DNA of 61,406 bases, counting the filler, from Pirum gemmata (Eukaryota), in the NCBI GenBank assembly GCA_002812295.1. It is 12 parts of 12 records of this genome, joined end to end, with 100 filler letters (N's around TTAATTAATTAA, not from the genome) between each part and the next. Parts side by side here need not be neighbours in the genome. Positions count along the whole stretch, not along the records: positions 56,531 to 61,406 come from PDIN01000843.1; 11 more parts are not named here. The stretch is one strand, 5' to 3'. Under the pieces are notes generated by a model, which made no database searches, was not told the DNA's origin, and worked only from the letters and a program-made list of their open reading frames with translations. Positions 60,572 through 61,406 of this stretch are shown here, one piece after another. Each line of letters starts with the position of its first letter. Position 1 is the first letter of the stretch. The position numbers and the translations under genes were made by a program.

Positions 60572-61406
60572 TATTGTTACTGGTAAATAACACTAGGTAA
60601 ATAACACTAACAGACTGATTTAGCGAATATGATTGGAAATTGAGATATTATTGAATGTAATCGGATAGTCTTACTCTACTCTTAGCCTCTTACTCTATAC
60701 TCTAGCTAAACTTCTAGCTAGTAGCTAACTACCCTGTATACCAGTAGTGTTGTATGATATTATGTATATGATACAGTTTACGACCCGGTATTAATACGTA
60801 TTATGCGGAGGTATAGTGAATAGTACAGATAAATAAGCGAATAAAATTACAGAGAGTCAAGTTTTTTATCTAATTTAATTTGATATAAACAAGTGCTTCC
60901 AAATTTGAATTTTGAATCTATTTGATGAGTTACATTGACCAATCATGTCAATATATTTAAAGTTCATATTACCTTCTGGTTTGTTTAAAGTCAGGATAAA
61001 AGTTAGGAAATCAATAAAAAAGCTATTTTTTAAAAATAAGACATCATTTGTACGTAATAATTATAGACTTTACGTAATAATTATAAGTTTCTACATTGTT
61101 TTTACGTAATAATATCTTATGTTAAAATGTAGGTCACATTCAGGATAAAAGTCAGGAAATCAATAAACAAGCTATTTTAAAATTATGACACCACATACTA
61201 GTACTATGGCACATAGTGTCACGTTCTCAGGTGTCACGTTGATGATAGTGATATCATACAATTATTAATTTAATATTTCTTTACTATTATTTATTGCTAG
61301 TATTTATTGATTTATAAATAGATAGATAGATATAATAATAATAATAATAATATAATAAAATAATATATAATAATAATAATACTAATATTAATACTATAGC
61401 TAATAA

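Overview
A very AT-rich, intron-containing eukaryotic draft assembly, not one locus. Twelve unrelated pieces (eleven of about 4.8-4.9 kb, one of 6.8 kb) are joined by 11 artificial 100-nt linkers (44 N + TTAATTAATTAA + 44 N), so adjacency across linkers means nothing. By hand-splicing GT-AG introns I recover: a GH5 glycosidase, a C9orf85/DUF2039 homolog, a bacterial-PH-domain gene end, a GH3 C-terminus, a 1434-aa secreted/GPI-like multi-glycosidase fusion, two ankyrin paralogs flanking a frameshifted LRR-EGF-TM receptor with a Tyr-motif tail, an EsV-1-7-like Cys-repeat protein, a secreted Cys-rich protein, an LCCL-like membrane protein, an intronless RNase III resembling the giant-virus type, a probable POLE2/DPB2 5' end, a RING protein, two decayed head-to-head genes and an 8-exon Aurora kinase. 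Non-coding DNA carries about 18 copies or fragments of a ~187-bp TA-flanked MITE, Harbinger-like MITEs, and many TA-bounded CTAG-type micro-palindromes. Best leads: the remodelled virus-like RNase III, the multi-GH fusion, and a CTAG micro-duplication process visible inside a pseudogene. The host looks like a unicellular holozoan, but that is inference. All family calls come from motif recall, not database searches.
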